A stretch of 63,068 nucleotides of DNA, counting the filler, from Rhabdomonas costata (taxonomy: Eukaryota): the NCBI GenBank assembly GCA_019059605.1. It is 19 parts of 19 records of this genome, joined end to end, with 100 filler letters (N's around TTAATTAATTAA, not from the genome) between each part and the next. Parts side by side here need not be neighbours in the genome. Positions count along the whole stretch, not along the records: positions 1 to 3,227 come from JAHMHO010001148.1; positions 3,328 to 6,557 come from JAHMHO010001149.1; positions 6,658 to 9,886 come from JAHMHO010001150.1; 16 more parts are not named here. The stretch is one strand, 5' to 3'. Position 1 is the first letter of the stretch; each line of letters starts with the position of its first letter. Position numbers and translations under genes: made by a program. The notes below the pieces were generated by a model. The model saw nothing but the letters and a program-made list of their open reading frames with translations. It had not been told where the DNA came from and did not search any database. Below, piece by piece: positions 1-9,986 of the stretch.

Positions 1-1959
1 GAACAGTTACACACCCCTTAGCCGGTTTGTCCTCCCTCAACCACGCTTCGTGCCGGAAGTCTTGTGTGTTTGTGAAGATTTGTGCGGGTGTGTTCACGAC
101 CACGACTGACTGGCATTCGCTACTCGCAAGTGTTCATTTTCACACGCACTCCCGCACACTTTCCTTGTCCTTCTCGCGCTGTCTCGCCCCACGCGGCTCT
201 CCGGATCTGCCTGCTCTCCCTTACTCTTCCCCGGAAACAAATTCTCAACTTTGACGGCTTTCCCCTCTTAATCCATGGGTCAATGGCTTCCCCTGGCACC
301 AAAACTCGAGAGGGTATTCCGCCTTGCTCTTCTAACCTTTCCCTCTTCGAATCTGCAAAAGGACTGTTCCCCAAAATTGTACTGCAAGTTGATTCTCGGC
401 TTTCCGTTCTCTTTCTCATTCTTTTTCCTTTGCTCTTGCATCGGCCTTTAGTGGCCTCCATCTCTGCTTTGGCTCTGCCTTGGCCACCCGCTGTCCCTCT
501 TCTCCGCACCGCCCAAGTTTTCCGCGGGTGCTTACAAGGACACAGAGCCTGGAAAGCCCGCTTCCCTCACGGAAGCTCTTTCGAAACCACGTTGTAAAAC
601 AACTGTTCTGGCAAATTTGATACCTAATTTTCCGGAGCCCGGAATTGGGGAACCTGAATGTGGCCCCGCGGCCCCTGGACCGCTTTCCAGGGGCTTCGGC
701 GGAACAAAATGTCCAAAGATGGTAATAAGATCGTTGGCAAACGAATTGAAGGACAGCGGAAGCTCAACCACAACAAAACCAAAGATGATTTTGCCCCTAA
801 GCACGTCCAATGCCACCGCGGGCGGTGAGACAGAATTTTCGAACCGAACGGGCAAAAACGCTAGGGTCGGGTGGTTCCGTTGGGCGGTTGCATTTGGCCG
901 TTTGGGCAATTGCGGCGGAAACTTGAGCGTTTGGGTGCATGTCCTTTCCGGTTCTTGAAACTTTCGCGGGGGCCAGTTGTGAAAAAAACAAAGGGACAAA
1001 GAATACGAGGGCGAGCGTCTTGGGCCTAAAGAAAGTGAGGGGGAAGGGATATACTCGGGATGGTGGGCACGGGGGTGATTTTTGTGCCGCTTTTTTTTTG
1101 AAAAAAACTTGTGGTCAAGTTGCTTTGCCGCACGGCCCATTGACGGCAGAAAAGCCCAATAATGGTTTTCGAAAACCGGGACGTCATCCCGCTCCATGTC
1201 ATGCTTTGTCTCAAACGCGGGCTGCCTGAAATGGTCAAAGGCTTCGCGCAATCTGAGCGGCACACTTGCTCTTAGAGGGGCGGCTTTTCAAGAAATAAGC
1301 CATTCGCAAGACCAAGACGGTCCAGGGTCTGAAGTGGACCGAAACATCTCTAGCGCGGGGCTGCGGACGAAATCCAGGCGTCGCGCGGTTTCGTGTCGGT
1401 GCACTTTTTTCCATTGGCGTAGGGCTGGGCGGGCTGTTTTTGTGATCACGCACGCCCTGGGCCCTGGACTGCCCCATATGTGCAGCACAACCTCTTGAGG
1501 GACGCTGCCCTCGAACTGGCTGACCTGCTGTTGCACCGGTTTTATTTTCCGAGTCTAGGTACGCCGCCCGGTATCCCATGCTCCAGTGATGTATAGCCTG
1601 CTGTGATTTAAGTTTCAGTTCTCTTGCTAGTTGAATTCTAACTCTTAACAATAAGCAACACTTGTCACACATAGTCAAGTGGTCCCACGTCAAAAAACCA
1701 CTGTCCAATATTTAGTCTCATTTCAGTTGAGGGCGTTACACACGATCCAAAAGAACAACAGAAAGGGCTACCCTTTCCACTGTGCCGAGCCGGAAGCTCG
1801 GGGGAGTTCATAGAACGTTTCACTAACACCCTTCCCATAACACACAAAGATACAGACCAGCAGAAATTAAAATGTGTGACCACCTTGAGATGGGATGAGG
1901 GTGGTGGTCTTCCCAGAGCACGCCTCACCAACAAAAAACGCATGTCACAGTTTTGTAAT

Positions 1960-2932
1960 TTAGCTGGACCCTGTTCCGGGAGATCGGCGTGTCAGGGTCA
2001 CACGATGCCAAGAGTTGTTCAGCAAGCCCCGAATGTTCCAGATGGGCAGCGCAGAGCTGGGCTGGGTGTTGTAGGCCACGTCCACGGCCTTGCACACCAG
2101 CTCAACAGGGGTCTGACAGATGAACACAAGCTCACATTGAATTGAGACGAGGACAAAATTCACAAATCAGCTGCAAGCAAAAATATTCACTTGATCAACC
2201 TCATGACGAAGGAGAACTTTAGGGTATTATATTTACCTGGTGGGGAATTAATAGCAAACTGTTGATGGGACTGTGTGGACATGGAACAGGAAGGAACTCA
2301 AAATGACAACCGTATGCCAGTGATCACGTCCACAACACGCAGCAACCATTTGCCACAGTGAATGGCAGAGGTCTTGTTGTCGTTGTAACCTTGTCATCTG
2401 CCATTCCTGTACCTCTGAGTTAACAGGAAACGCTGATCACACCGAAGCAAATGAAGAAAAAGCAAAGAGCAGGTGGTTCAACCTTCCCCGTGGGAAGGGG
2501 CACCTCGGCCTCCCACAGGCTCCACCCATAGTCCTTAGCCCACCACTGCGGAGGGCCCTCAGGGGCTCCAGGCTTGGGCAGGATTTGCGCGGTCGTCCAG
2601 CTCTGGCCTCCGTCGGCGGATACGTCCACTCTTTATTTTTCGTTGTTTGCTTCGCTGAATCATAATAAAAAATGAACACGGGCGACGAAAATTGTCCCGT
2701 ATAGGCAGAAATAAAGGGCTGAGAGATGAGAGAACGCATTGTGCTACAAGGCCTCGCTAACTCCGTGCGAACAAAGTTTCACAACGCTCAGTGCGAAAAT
2801 TGTGAAGGAACAAAAAACATAATAGCAGTTAAAGAGAGAGGCACATGCACCTGGCAATGCCGCGGCCTCCTCCGCTTACAGCGTAGCCGCGAACCCGAAC
2901 GGAAGTACTGTCCGGTTCCAAAACGCTGCCAG
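1960..2932 (-). CDS. SUOX: Sulfite oxidase, C-terminal Moco dimerisation domain (3' partial gene, 3 exons)
   Basis: Exons 2932-2851, 2630-2483 and 2112-1960, joined by GT-AG introns with matching phases. Spliced protein: VRGYAVSGGGRGIAR/VDVSADGGQSW..WSLWE../ELVCKAVDVAYNTQP...IWNIRGLLNNSWHRV. Confidence 0.9.
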
Positions 2933-3227
2933 CTGAGCCAATGCATACATCCAACACAGAGCGAGTGAGAAGAAAGACCGGAGAGGTCTGAATCACGCGC
3001 GGCCAGCGCGAACACGACAACATCGGGGAGAACTCAGGCCACCAGGCCAATCCTCTTCCTCTTAGAACGCTGCAAGTTCAAGAAACAACACCTCTTACAC
3101 TTCTATGCCTGAAGCAGGTTTTGGGTGGAAGACACAATCCAGATGCAGCGAGCCGCATCATGACCAGAACCCTCGGGGTGTGGATCCTATTTGCGTCCCT
3201 TGGCCCGATTCCACACCACCCCCCCCC

Positions 3228-3327
3228 NNNNNNNNNNNNNNNNNNNNNNNNNNNNNNNNNNNNNNNNNNNNTTAATTAATTAANNNNNNNNNNNNNNNNN
3301 NNNNNNNNNNNNNNNNNNNNNNNNNNN
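3228..3327. other. Artificial contig spacer (44 N + TTAATTAATTAA six-frame stop + 44 N); first of 18
   Basis: Identical 100-nt spacers start at 3228, 6558, 9887, 13213, 16536, 19864, 23189, 26513, 29837, 33162, 36483, 39831, 43152, 46471, 49791, 53112, 56432 and 59748. Contigs are all about 3.2 kb, so adjacency across spacers has no biological meaning. Confidence 0.99.
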
Positions 3328-3349
3328 TTTGCGGAAGCTTTCTTTTTCC

Positions 3350-3409
3350 TGGGGTGATGCTCAGAGGCATTTGGACTGACCAGTGAGCGACACATTGCTG
3401 GCTGACCTG
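3350..3409 (+). ncRNA. Compact double-guide box C/D snoRNA (SNORD15/snR13-like guide plus snR76/SNORD88-like guide), copy 1
   Basis: Box C GTGATGC at 3354-3360, D' CTGA at 3376-3379, D CTGA at 3402-3405. Guide GAGGCATTTGG (3364-3374) is complementary to conserved LSU CCAAAUGCCUC. Guide CACATTGC is complementary to LSU GCAAUGUG. Confidence 0.8.
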
Positions 3410-3532
3410 TGGTTCTTTTTCTAAAGCAACGGGGTGCCTCATTTTTGCCACAGGAATGACGAGAAGCCTTCTTCTTCTTCTTCCTCCAAACAGACGAGTC
3501 TCTGCTGGACAGAACATTGTTTTGCTTCAAGG

Positions 3533-5715
3533 GAAAAAATTCTGTTTACCGTTGGAAAACCTGTGGGAAAACTGTGTTTGGAGCCCGGCCAAAAACTTTC
3601 CTCGCGGGCATGCAGACATGGAAGGCGCTTTTTTGAGTGAAAATTTGAACACCACAGTATCACCAGTGTTCAGTGAAAGGTCCGCGAGCAAATAGCAAAC
3701 AGAAAGCGTCACAGAAAAACCAACCCACCTGGAAGACGTGCAAGAGCAACAGTACGTCATGTGGATCCCCGCTGCTGTGCCGCTGACCGTTGCATCGGGT
3801 TGCGCTGTCGTGACCGGTGACATGGCAGGTCCAAACCATCCGGTCACTAACCACAACCGCAGTCTGGCTCCAATGCCCTGTGTGGTGGTTTAGTCTGTGT
3901 CTCTACACTGGTTTCAGGTTTTCAACACTGGTTGATACGGCGACAGGAGACCCCCCCCCCGTGTATTCAAAGTTGTGGGCAGCTGCACCCAATAGGCCCA
4001 CCCCGTTTGCATTGCAAATATTCAAAGCAGTTATTCGTGACATAACTGCACCTCATTTATGCTGAGCGTAAATTCATCCGGAAGCAATTTTTTTCATGGA
4101 AGTGCGCAAGTGACGTATATGCATCATTGGAAAGAAAGAAAAATGAAAAATGAGTCGACAATGCAAAATACTCCGTATAATTCAAGGCACCCCCCCCACA
4201 CACACACTTTGCCGTCGCCTTGTATTTGCGTCGCCTCCTAACCCGCTGTAAAAATTCTGTTGGCATCCCGGGTGTGCTCAATGCCAAAAAGAGCTTGTCG
4301 CTTCAGCGTTAATGTTGTTGCACCTGTTTAACATGTGCCCAACGCGACCCAACCCAACCAATCCTCCCGCCAAAGAGCGAAAATGCGTTTGACATTAATG
4401 CTTTTCAAAAGCATTAATGTCAGTGACATAAAGGGGTCAAATGCATTTAAGTTAACATCGTACATGCATTTGTGTCAATGGCATACTCAAATGCGTTTGT
4501 GTTTAGCATTAAGCTTCGGAAAATGCATATGCTAAGCATAAATGCTAACAAAAATGCAGCGCAGTGGGGGGTTCATTGGGTTTGATATTGTGCCGTTATA
4601 CCCACTGTAATGATATGATTATGCTCTATAGGAAACATTGTTACCACCACAACCCCCTCCCAACGTCAATCGCGCGTAAAAACGTATGCCGATTATTTGG
4701 CGAAAATGAAGATTTGGAGAGAGAGAGGTGTGTGTGTGTGTGTGTGTGTATGATGTTCGAATGGTGGTGAAGTGCAGTGCAGTGCAGGGGGGACGCAGGC
4801 ACGATGTAGAACTTAGGCAGGGGGGAACACGGCGAGCAGGTCACACCTGTGAAAAAAGCGAGCTCGGCACGTGGAACAGGCTCGCGGGGGATGCGCGTCA
4901 TGTGCCATAGCGCGGTGGGGACGCGCATGAGGTGCAGGTGGCCTACAGGATGTCCCCATTATCTTCGTCGAGGGGGTTGACCCCCCCCCTCTCTCTCTCT
5001 CTCTCTCGATCGGAATCGCACCCGGTACAGAAACCTCGGGTGCCACAGCCGCTGGCTGGGAAGCCTCTGAAGGGGCTAGCTCGTGCTTCACGCACTGTCG
5101 GACAAGGTGATGACACTGTGCGAGCTTTGGTGGGTGTAGGACCAGCTGGGGCGTGGGCAGCAAAAACGGCCAGAACTGGGGTCTGAGCGGACAGTGGTCA
5201 CCCCGATAATGACGGGTTGAGTTTCGGGGGATTTCTGGCGCTTCGCGTCGCGATCAAGGGGGTCTCTGCGAGGTATCCTCGGGGAGTGGGGTGTAGGGCC
5301 GGTCTGTGTTGGCTAGCGGGGCGTTTCTGGGGTCCCCCGCTCGGGTCCTTTTCTCTGGGGGTGAGGCTCTGAGTGATGAAGCGGCTGCGTCGTTGTTGAG
5401 GTCAGCGGTGCCGTCAGCCTTGTGCCGCGGTAGGACCATTCCAGCTGCGCATCAAAAGCGAAACAACGAAAGCAAAAGCCAGACGACAAAAAGGATGGTT
5501 TTGTTGGACTGCATTTTCCCGCACCGTATTTGCAAAGATAACCGCTGAACATCACAATTGTGCAAGGTGCAGTTGAGAGCAGACAAGGACCTTTGTCGAT
5601 TTTTGCCCCTTTCGGAAAAAATATCAGCAACTGAGGAAAAAATTGTGTTTACCGTTGGAAAACTTGTGGGAAACTGTGTTTGGAGCCCCGCCAAAAACTT
5701 TTCTCACGGGCATGC
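3533..5715 (+). repeat. About 80-bp dispersed imperfect direct repeat (~3533-3613 and ~5636-5715)
   Basis: gaaaaaatt(c/g)tgtttaccgttggaaaac(c/t)tgtggg...tttggagccc(g/c)gccaaaaactt...cgggcatgc occurs twice. Confidence 0.85.
4390..4422. repeat. Perfect 16-bp inverted repeat with 1-nt loop, inside an AAATGC motif array
   Basis: tgacattaatgctttt-c-aaaagcattaatgtca. AAATGC recurs about 6 times in 4381-4560. Confidence 0.85.
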
Positions 5716-6484
5716 GGGACCAGCGCTTCCCTCACCCCTTGTAGTAAGCGTCACGGTCACCCACCCACCGCGCCCTCACTGGGGAGGGACAGTGGTGAAG
5801 AAAGCCCAGCGCAAGTTCCAGGAGTGCGCCGCGCTCGTGGCCACGCACCGCCTGGAGTTTATGACGTCGACTTTCGGCGAGCTCGGGGTGGGTATAAAGT
5901 GGTTCTACGACGAGGACGGGTGCTTCTGGCGCTCAGCACGACCTCCGTGACAAGCGTTTTGAGAAGCTCAAGCACAAGGTGGGCTTTGTCCTCGGGGCTT
6001 CCCCAGTCCGACCTGTCACTTGCACTTTGTACCGGATTCAATGCCCTCCCGACATGATCTGCAGCATTTGGTAAACACATTATCCGGACTTCTTACGGTT
6101 CGTAGCGGTCGCTTGTTCGGCTCTCAGATAACTTTTGCCACGTTTTTAAATAGCCAAAAAAGCAACAAGGAACATAAAGGGATAGGGCTTGATTCACGCG
6201 ACTCGGTGGTGACCAGAGGGCAGCCCACAACTTGGAAGGAGGTTCGTCCCTACGCATACGCACAAATGCGGCCTGCAACTCTTCGGAGCTCACTAGGGGT
6301 ATGCGTGCGTGCGACAGTTATGTTTTGCTTCATAATTTTAGCAGCGACTGTAGCCACTGATGTTTTATTTTTGTCACGAAATTTGTTATTCAAGTTGGGT
6401 GGTTCAAGCTTGTAAGTTTGCGAAAATTTCGCGGTGTTGTTGGACTGTGCCCCTGGTGTTCATTTGCGGAAGCTTTCTTTTTCC

Positions 6485-6544
6485 TGGGGTGATGCTCAGA
6501 GGCATTTGGACTGACCAGTGAGCGACACATTGCTGGCTGACCTG
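6485..6544 (+). ncRNA. Box C/D snoRNA, copy 2 (identical to 3350-3409)
   Basis: Lies inside the 95-bp terminal repeat 6463-6557. It may be the same locus if the repeat is an assembly overlap. Confidence 0.72.
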
Positions 6545-6660
6545 TGGTTCTTTTTCTNNNNNNNNNNNNNNNNNNNNNNNNNNNNNNNNNNNNNNNNNNN
6601 NTTAATTAATTAANNNNNNNNNNNNNNNNNNNNNNNNNNNNNNNNNNNNNNNNNNNNGAG

Positions 6661-6740
6661 CGGTATGATGATGGCTTGAAATAGCTGCTATATGATTCTT
6701 CCAATGAACTTTCGATCGTTGCTGAAAGTGGGCTGACTGT
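6661..6740 (+). ncRNA. Box C/D snoRNA A, copy 1 (U24-like LSU guide)
   Basis: Box C ATGATGA at 6665-6671. Guide ATAGCTGCTA precedes D' ATGA. CTGA occurs at 6722 and 6733. A short terminal stem gcgg/ctgt closes on the second CTGA. Confidence 0.75.
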
Positions 6741-7779
6741 TTACCCTTTATTTTGCTCTTCTGGCCTTATGGTTTTTCATTTGCTTTGTGGTTTTTGTGG
6801 TTGTTTTTTCAAACTTGATTGGCGGCACAAAGGAAGAAAACGTGCACACGACGAAGTAAGCGATCCAGGAGGGACATTATTAAGTTCTTTATAGACGAGA
6901 GAGAGAGAGAGAGAGCCTAGCAAGCAAACAAGCAAACAAGACCAAGGGACAAATTGCAGATGGTGAGCGAATGGCAACTACGTGAGACGTGTGGAAATAA
7001 TTAAATCAGAGCGAGTTTCTCGGCAACAACAGGGATAAAACGCCACCCCGATGCTATTCCGACTGGACTGACTTGAGATGTGCGCGATTTTCCGCGGCAT
7101 AGCCTGTGAACGTCCCCACAAAAGAACAGCCCGACCAGGGAGGGTGGGGGATTGTGAGTCAGAGCCACCCCAAGTCGCTAACGAAAAGAAAATGTATGCT
7201 CCGGAGGGGGCGCAAAATGGCTCAGGGCGGGACTCGGCTTTCCTCCAATCAGTCGTATGGGGGCAGAAAAGGCGTCCACGAGCACCAACTCTTTCAGTGC
7301 TTATTTTCTCAAACTGCAAGACGCGGTACTCCATTGTCAAGGCAGACCACCAATGCTGAGAACACCAGTCGGGCAAAACTCCTAGTAAGGTGGGAAGACA
7401 GCCACGCGCGAAAAGGAGAATGGTTAGAGATCGAAAAGTGAAACGTAGGGTTCAAGCCAAACCCAAAAACCCGAGAAGGAGGGGTCGGACAAATCCTGGT
7501 GGAAATTCCACCAGAGTGAGCACAGGCAGGGAGCAAAGCCTCTACCCGTCCCTAAACCTCATCCCGCCGCGAGAGACAGGTGGCAGCCCAAAATGGACCG
7601 GAGGTGAATTTGTTTGGCGCAGGTCGTCAAAGCGGGAGAGATGTTAAGCAACCTAAGAGATGTACAATTTTCTGCTCCAAAGCATGAGCGCCAAGAACAA
7701 CAATGCACTCTTGGGACTGCCGAACCCACACAATCACTCCACACCTCTCTCGACGGCGAATGTCATTTTACAGTTTTTG

Positions 7780-7848
7780 GTCAATGATGAGCCTTTATAG
7801 CTGCTACTGCTGAAGCGCACATGAATGAGAAGCCTCTGTGCTGATACG
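7780..7848 (+). ncRNA. Box C/D snoRNA B (guide for the yeast Am1449-equivalent site)
   Basis: Box C ATGATGA at 7784-7790, D' CTGA at 7810-7813, C' ATGAATGA at 7821-7828, D CTGA at 7841-7844. Guide ATAGCTGCTACT is complementary to AGUAGCA.., as in conserved LSU GGUAGUAGCAAAU. Confidence 0.8.
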
Positions 7849-7978
7849 GCTGGACAGGGTTTGTGTATCCAAGCGAATGCGGGTGTGTTGTTTTATTTCC
7901 CATCTGAATTCCTGTCGGCTTCTTTTGTTGTTGCTGTCTGTTTTTGTTTTTGTGGCTCTGTGACTTTTGGCTTGGGTG

Positions 7979-8058
7979 CGGTATGATGATGGCTTGAAAT
8001 AGCTGCTATATGATTCTTCCAATGAACTTTCGATCGTTGCTGAAAGTGGGCTGACTGT
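7979..8058 (+). ncRNA. Box C/D snoRNA A, copy 2
   Basis: Part of a 118-bp duplication (6660-6777 vs 7978-8095, one mismatch). Box C at 7983-7989, box D at 8051-8054. Confidence 0.75.
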
Positions 8059-8485
8059 TTACCCCTTATTTTGCTCTTCTGGCCTTATGGTTTTTGGTTT
8101 GCTTTTCTAAAAATTTAACTGTCGCGTTGCGTAGTTTTGCCCGTGATCTGTTTTCACGGCACTCCGTCGGATTGCCGCCGGGGTATCCTGTCTGTGGTCC
8201 CTGGATCTGTAATTGATAGCCATCACTGGGGTGGAGCTCCAACAGTAATTATTATACCTTTGCCATCAAGGGGCTGGAGAGCGACTGTCTCTCTCTGTCT
8301 CTGTTTTTTCTGTGTTTTGTCTTTACCAATGGCTTCCACTTCCGATGGTTCATGGTTTGATTTGTGTTGTCCAAAACTGATTTGAGATGCCTTGCAACTT
8401 ACGTTGCTTGCTATATTTTGATTGCCTGTGTTGTTACCTGTGTCCTGCATTGTACAGTCGAACAAGCGAACCATCCGTTCCGCAG

Positions 8486-8694
8486 TTCAGAAGCTGTACG
8501 ACATTAAAGTGCAGAAGGTTTGTTGCTGTCCTTTTGTTGCTTCTCAGCTTTCATGTGACAAAATTTAACATGTTGAACATCCGATACAACAGGTCAATAC
8601 GCTGATCCGCCCGGATGGCCTGAAGAAGGCTTATGTGAAGCTGAGCCCCGAGTCCGATGCGTTGGACATCGCCAACAAAATCGGTATCCTCTAA
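8486..8694 (+). CDS. RPL23A: 60S ribosomal protein L23a (uL23), last two exons
   Basis: Exons 8486-8517 and 8593-8694 with a GT-AG intron. Protein: (V)[43 protein letters not shown]. Not present in the ORF track. Confidence 0.95.
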
Positions 8695-9986
8695 ATGGAA
8701 GTGCGGGTGCCGGTGTTATGTTTTGTGCGCTTGTGTTGGCCACGCTTGTTGGAGTCACTTGGCTTCTTTCCGTTTATGCTGAATCTTCCGCTGTCTTCAG
8801 TGCATTCTCACTCACTCACGCACTCACACTCTTTCCTATGGTTACCCAATAAGCAAAAGGCTGACTTTTCAGCCGTCACATGTTAAGTATAGGACATATT
8901 CCTCCGAAGACAGAGTGTGGCTTCACACTTCAACAAATACTTCAGTACTATCCCAAAATGCGCAAGATTCTTTAACATGGGATTGGGCCTTCGTCGCAGA
9001 CAGCCTTGAGCTGAAAAATGCAATATTGATTGTTATATTGATTGATATTGATTATTTATTATTCGCTCAATTTTCAAAATCTCTTCAATTTTGTTTGCAG
9101 ATTGTTTACCGCGCGCTTGAAAAGCGTTTAGCAAGCGCACCCGCTCATTGCCTATCCAAAGGGCTCCATTTTCAGAACTCGTCTCGAAACGCAGCGCGCG
9201 GAATATGCGACGCGGAACCGGGCGCAAATTTGGTTTTCCGGTCTGGTTTACCACCTGTCTAGCTCGGGGGCTTGTCTTGTTTGCCTGCCTGCTGGAACGA
9301 AGGGGGGTGGCCTAGCCTACTCTCCCCCTTTCCCTTCCAGCCGAAAGAAAAAGCACCAAACACAGCGCAGAATCACCACACCACAAACAGCGCAGCACCA
9401 CAGCAAAATAGGCCATTCGTGCACACCACCGCTGTCCTCTCGCAGATAGTTGGCGCGGAATTCCCGGAAAATATTCACCTTGAAAAACTTACCCAAGACT
9501 CCCTGCGAATAATGCCTTCAAACGGTGGCGAACAAACCCGAACCAAAAACCCACCGTGATTCCTCATTTTACCCCCGGGTTGATCGATCAAGGCGATCTG
9601 CCAGGAGAAGGCCAAGAACTTTACATCAATGCTTGTTTCAAAAAATCCAGCGTTTTTTGCGCTTTGATTCGGTTTTTTTTTTGTTTTTGTCCTATTTGAC
9701 CCCCGTTGTCCAAAAAGCTGCTTCAAAATAAGATCGGATTAATAAAAAAGTACCTCCTCCGCATATATCCCAAAGCACCCATTTACTTCCGCGCCGCTGC
9801 CTCCTTCCCCGCTGTGCCGCTTCCGCGCGCCTTCCTCACCCGGCCTTGTCCTTTCCCCATTCCCAACCCCACCCAAACACACCCACNNNNNNNNNNNNNN
9901 NNNNNNNNNNNNNNNNNNNNNNNNNNNNNNTTAATTAATTAANNNNNNNNNNNNNNNNNNNNNNNNNNNNNNNNNNNNNNNNNNNN

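Larger units (their letters stand above)
3328..6557. repeat. 95-bp exact direct repeat at both contig ends (3328-3422 and 6463-6557)
   Basis: Read directly from the sequence: tttgcggaagctttc...ctgtggttctttttct at both termini. Confidence 0.95.

Noticed and set aside
120..1540. Broken minus-strand ORFs with LDVLRGKIIFGFVVVEL and PVFEN, faintly like a Polinton-type polymerase
   Set aside because: No catalytic motif is recoverable, and there are many stops and homopolymer-rich stretches. It cannot be supported without an HMM search.
5108..5186. GTGATGA...CTGA pair suggesting another C/D snoRNA
   Set aside because: There are no internal D'/C' boxes and no rRNA-complementary guide next to box D.
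5790..5950. KKAQRKFQE...LEFMTSTFGELG resembling a non-LTR REL C-terminus
   Set aside because: Too short, with no upstream RP.D or zinc-knuckle motif. It is at most a relic.
8198..8285. Possible single-hairpin AGA-box (H/ACA-like) RNA in the RPL23A intron
   Set aside because: Only a weak basal stem (ccctggat/atcaaggg) and an AGA. No convincing pseudouridylation pocket or target.
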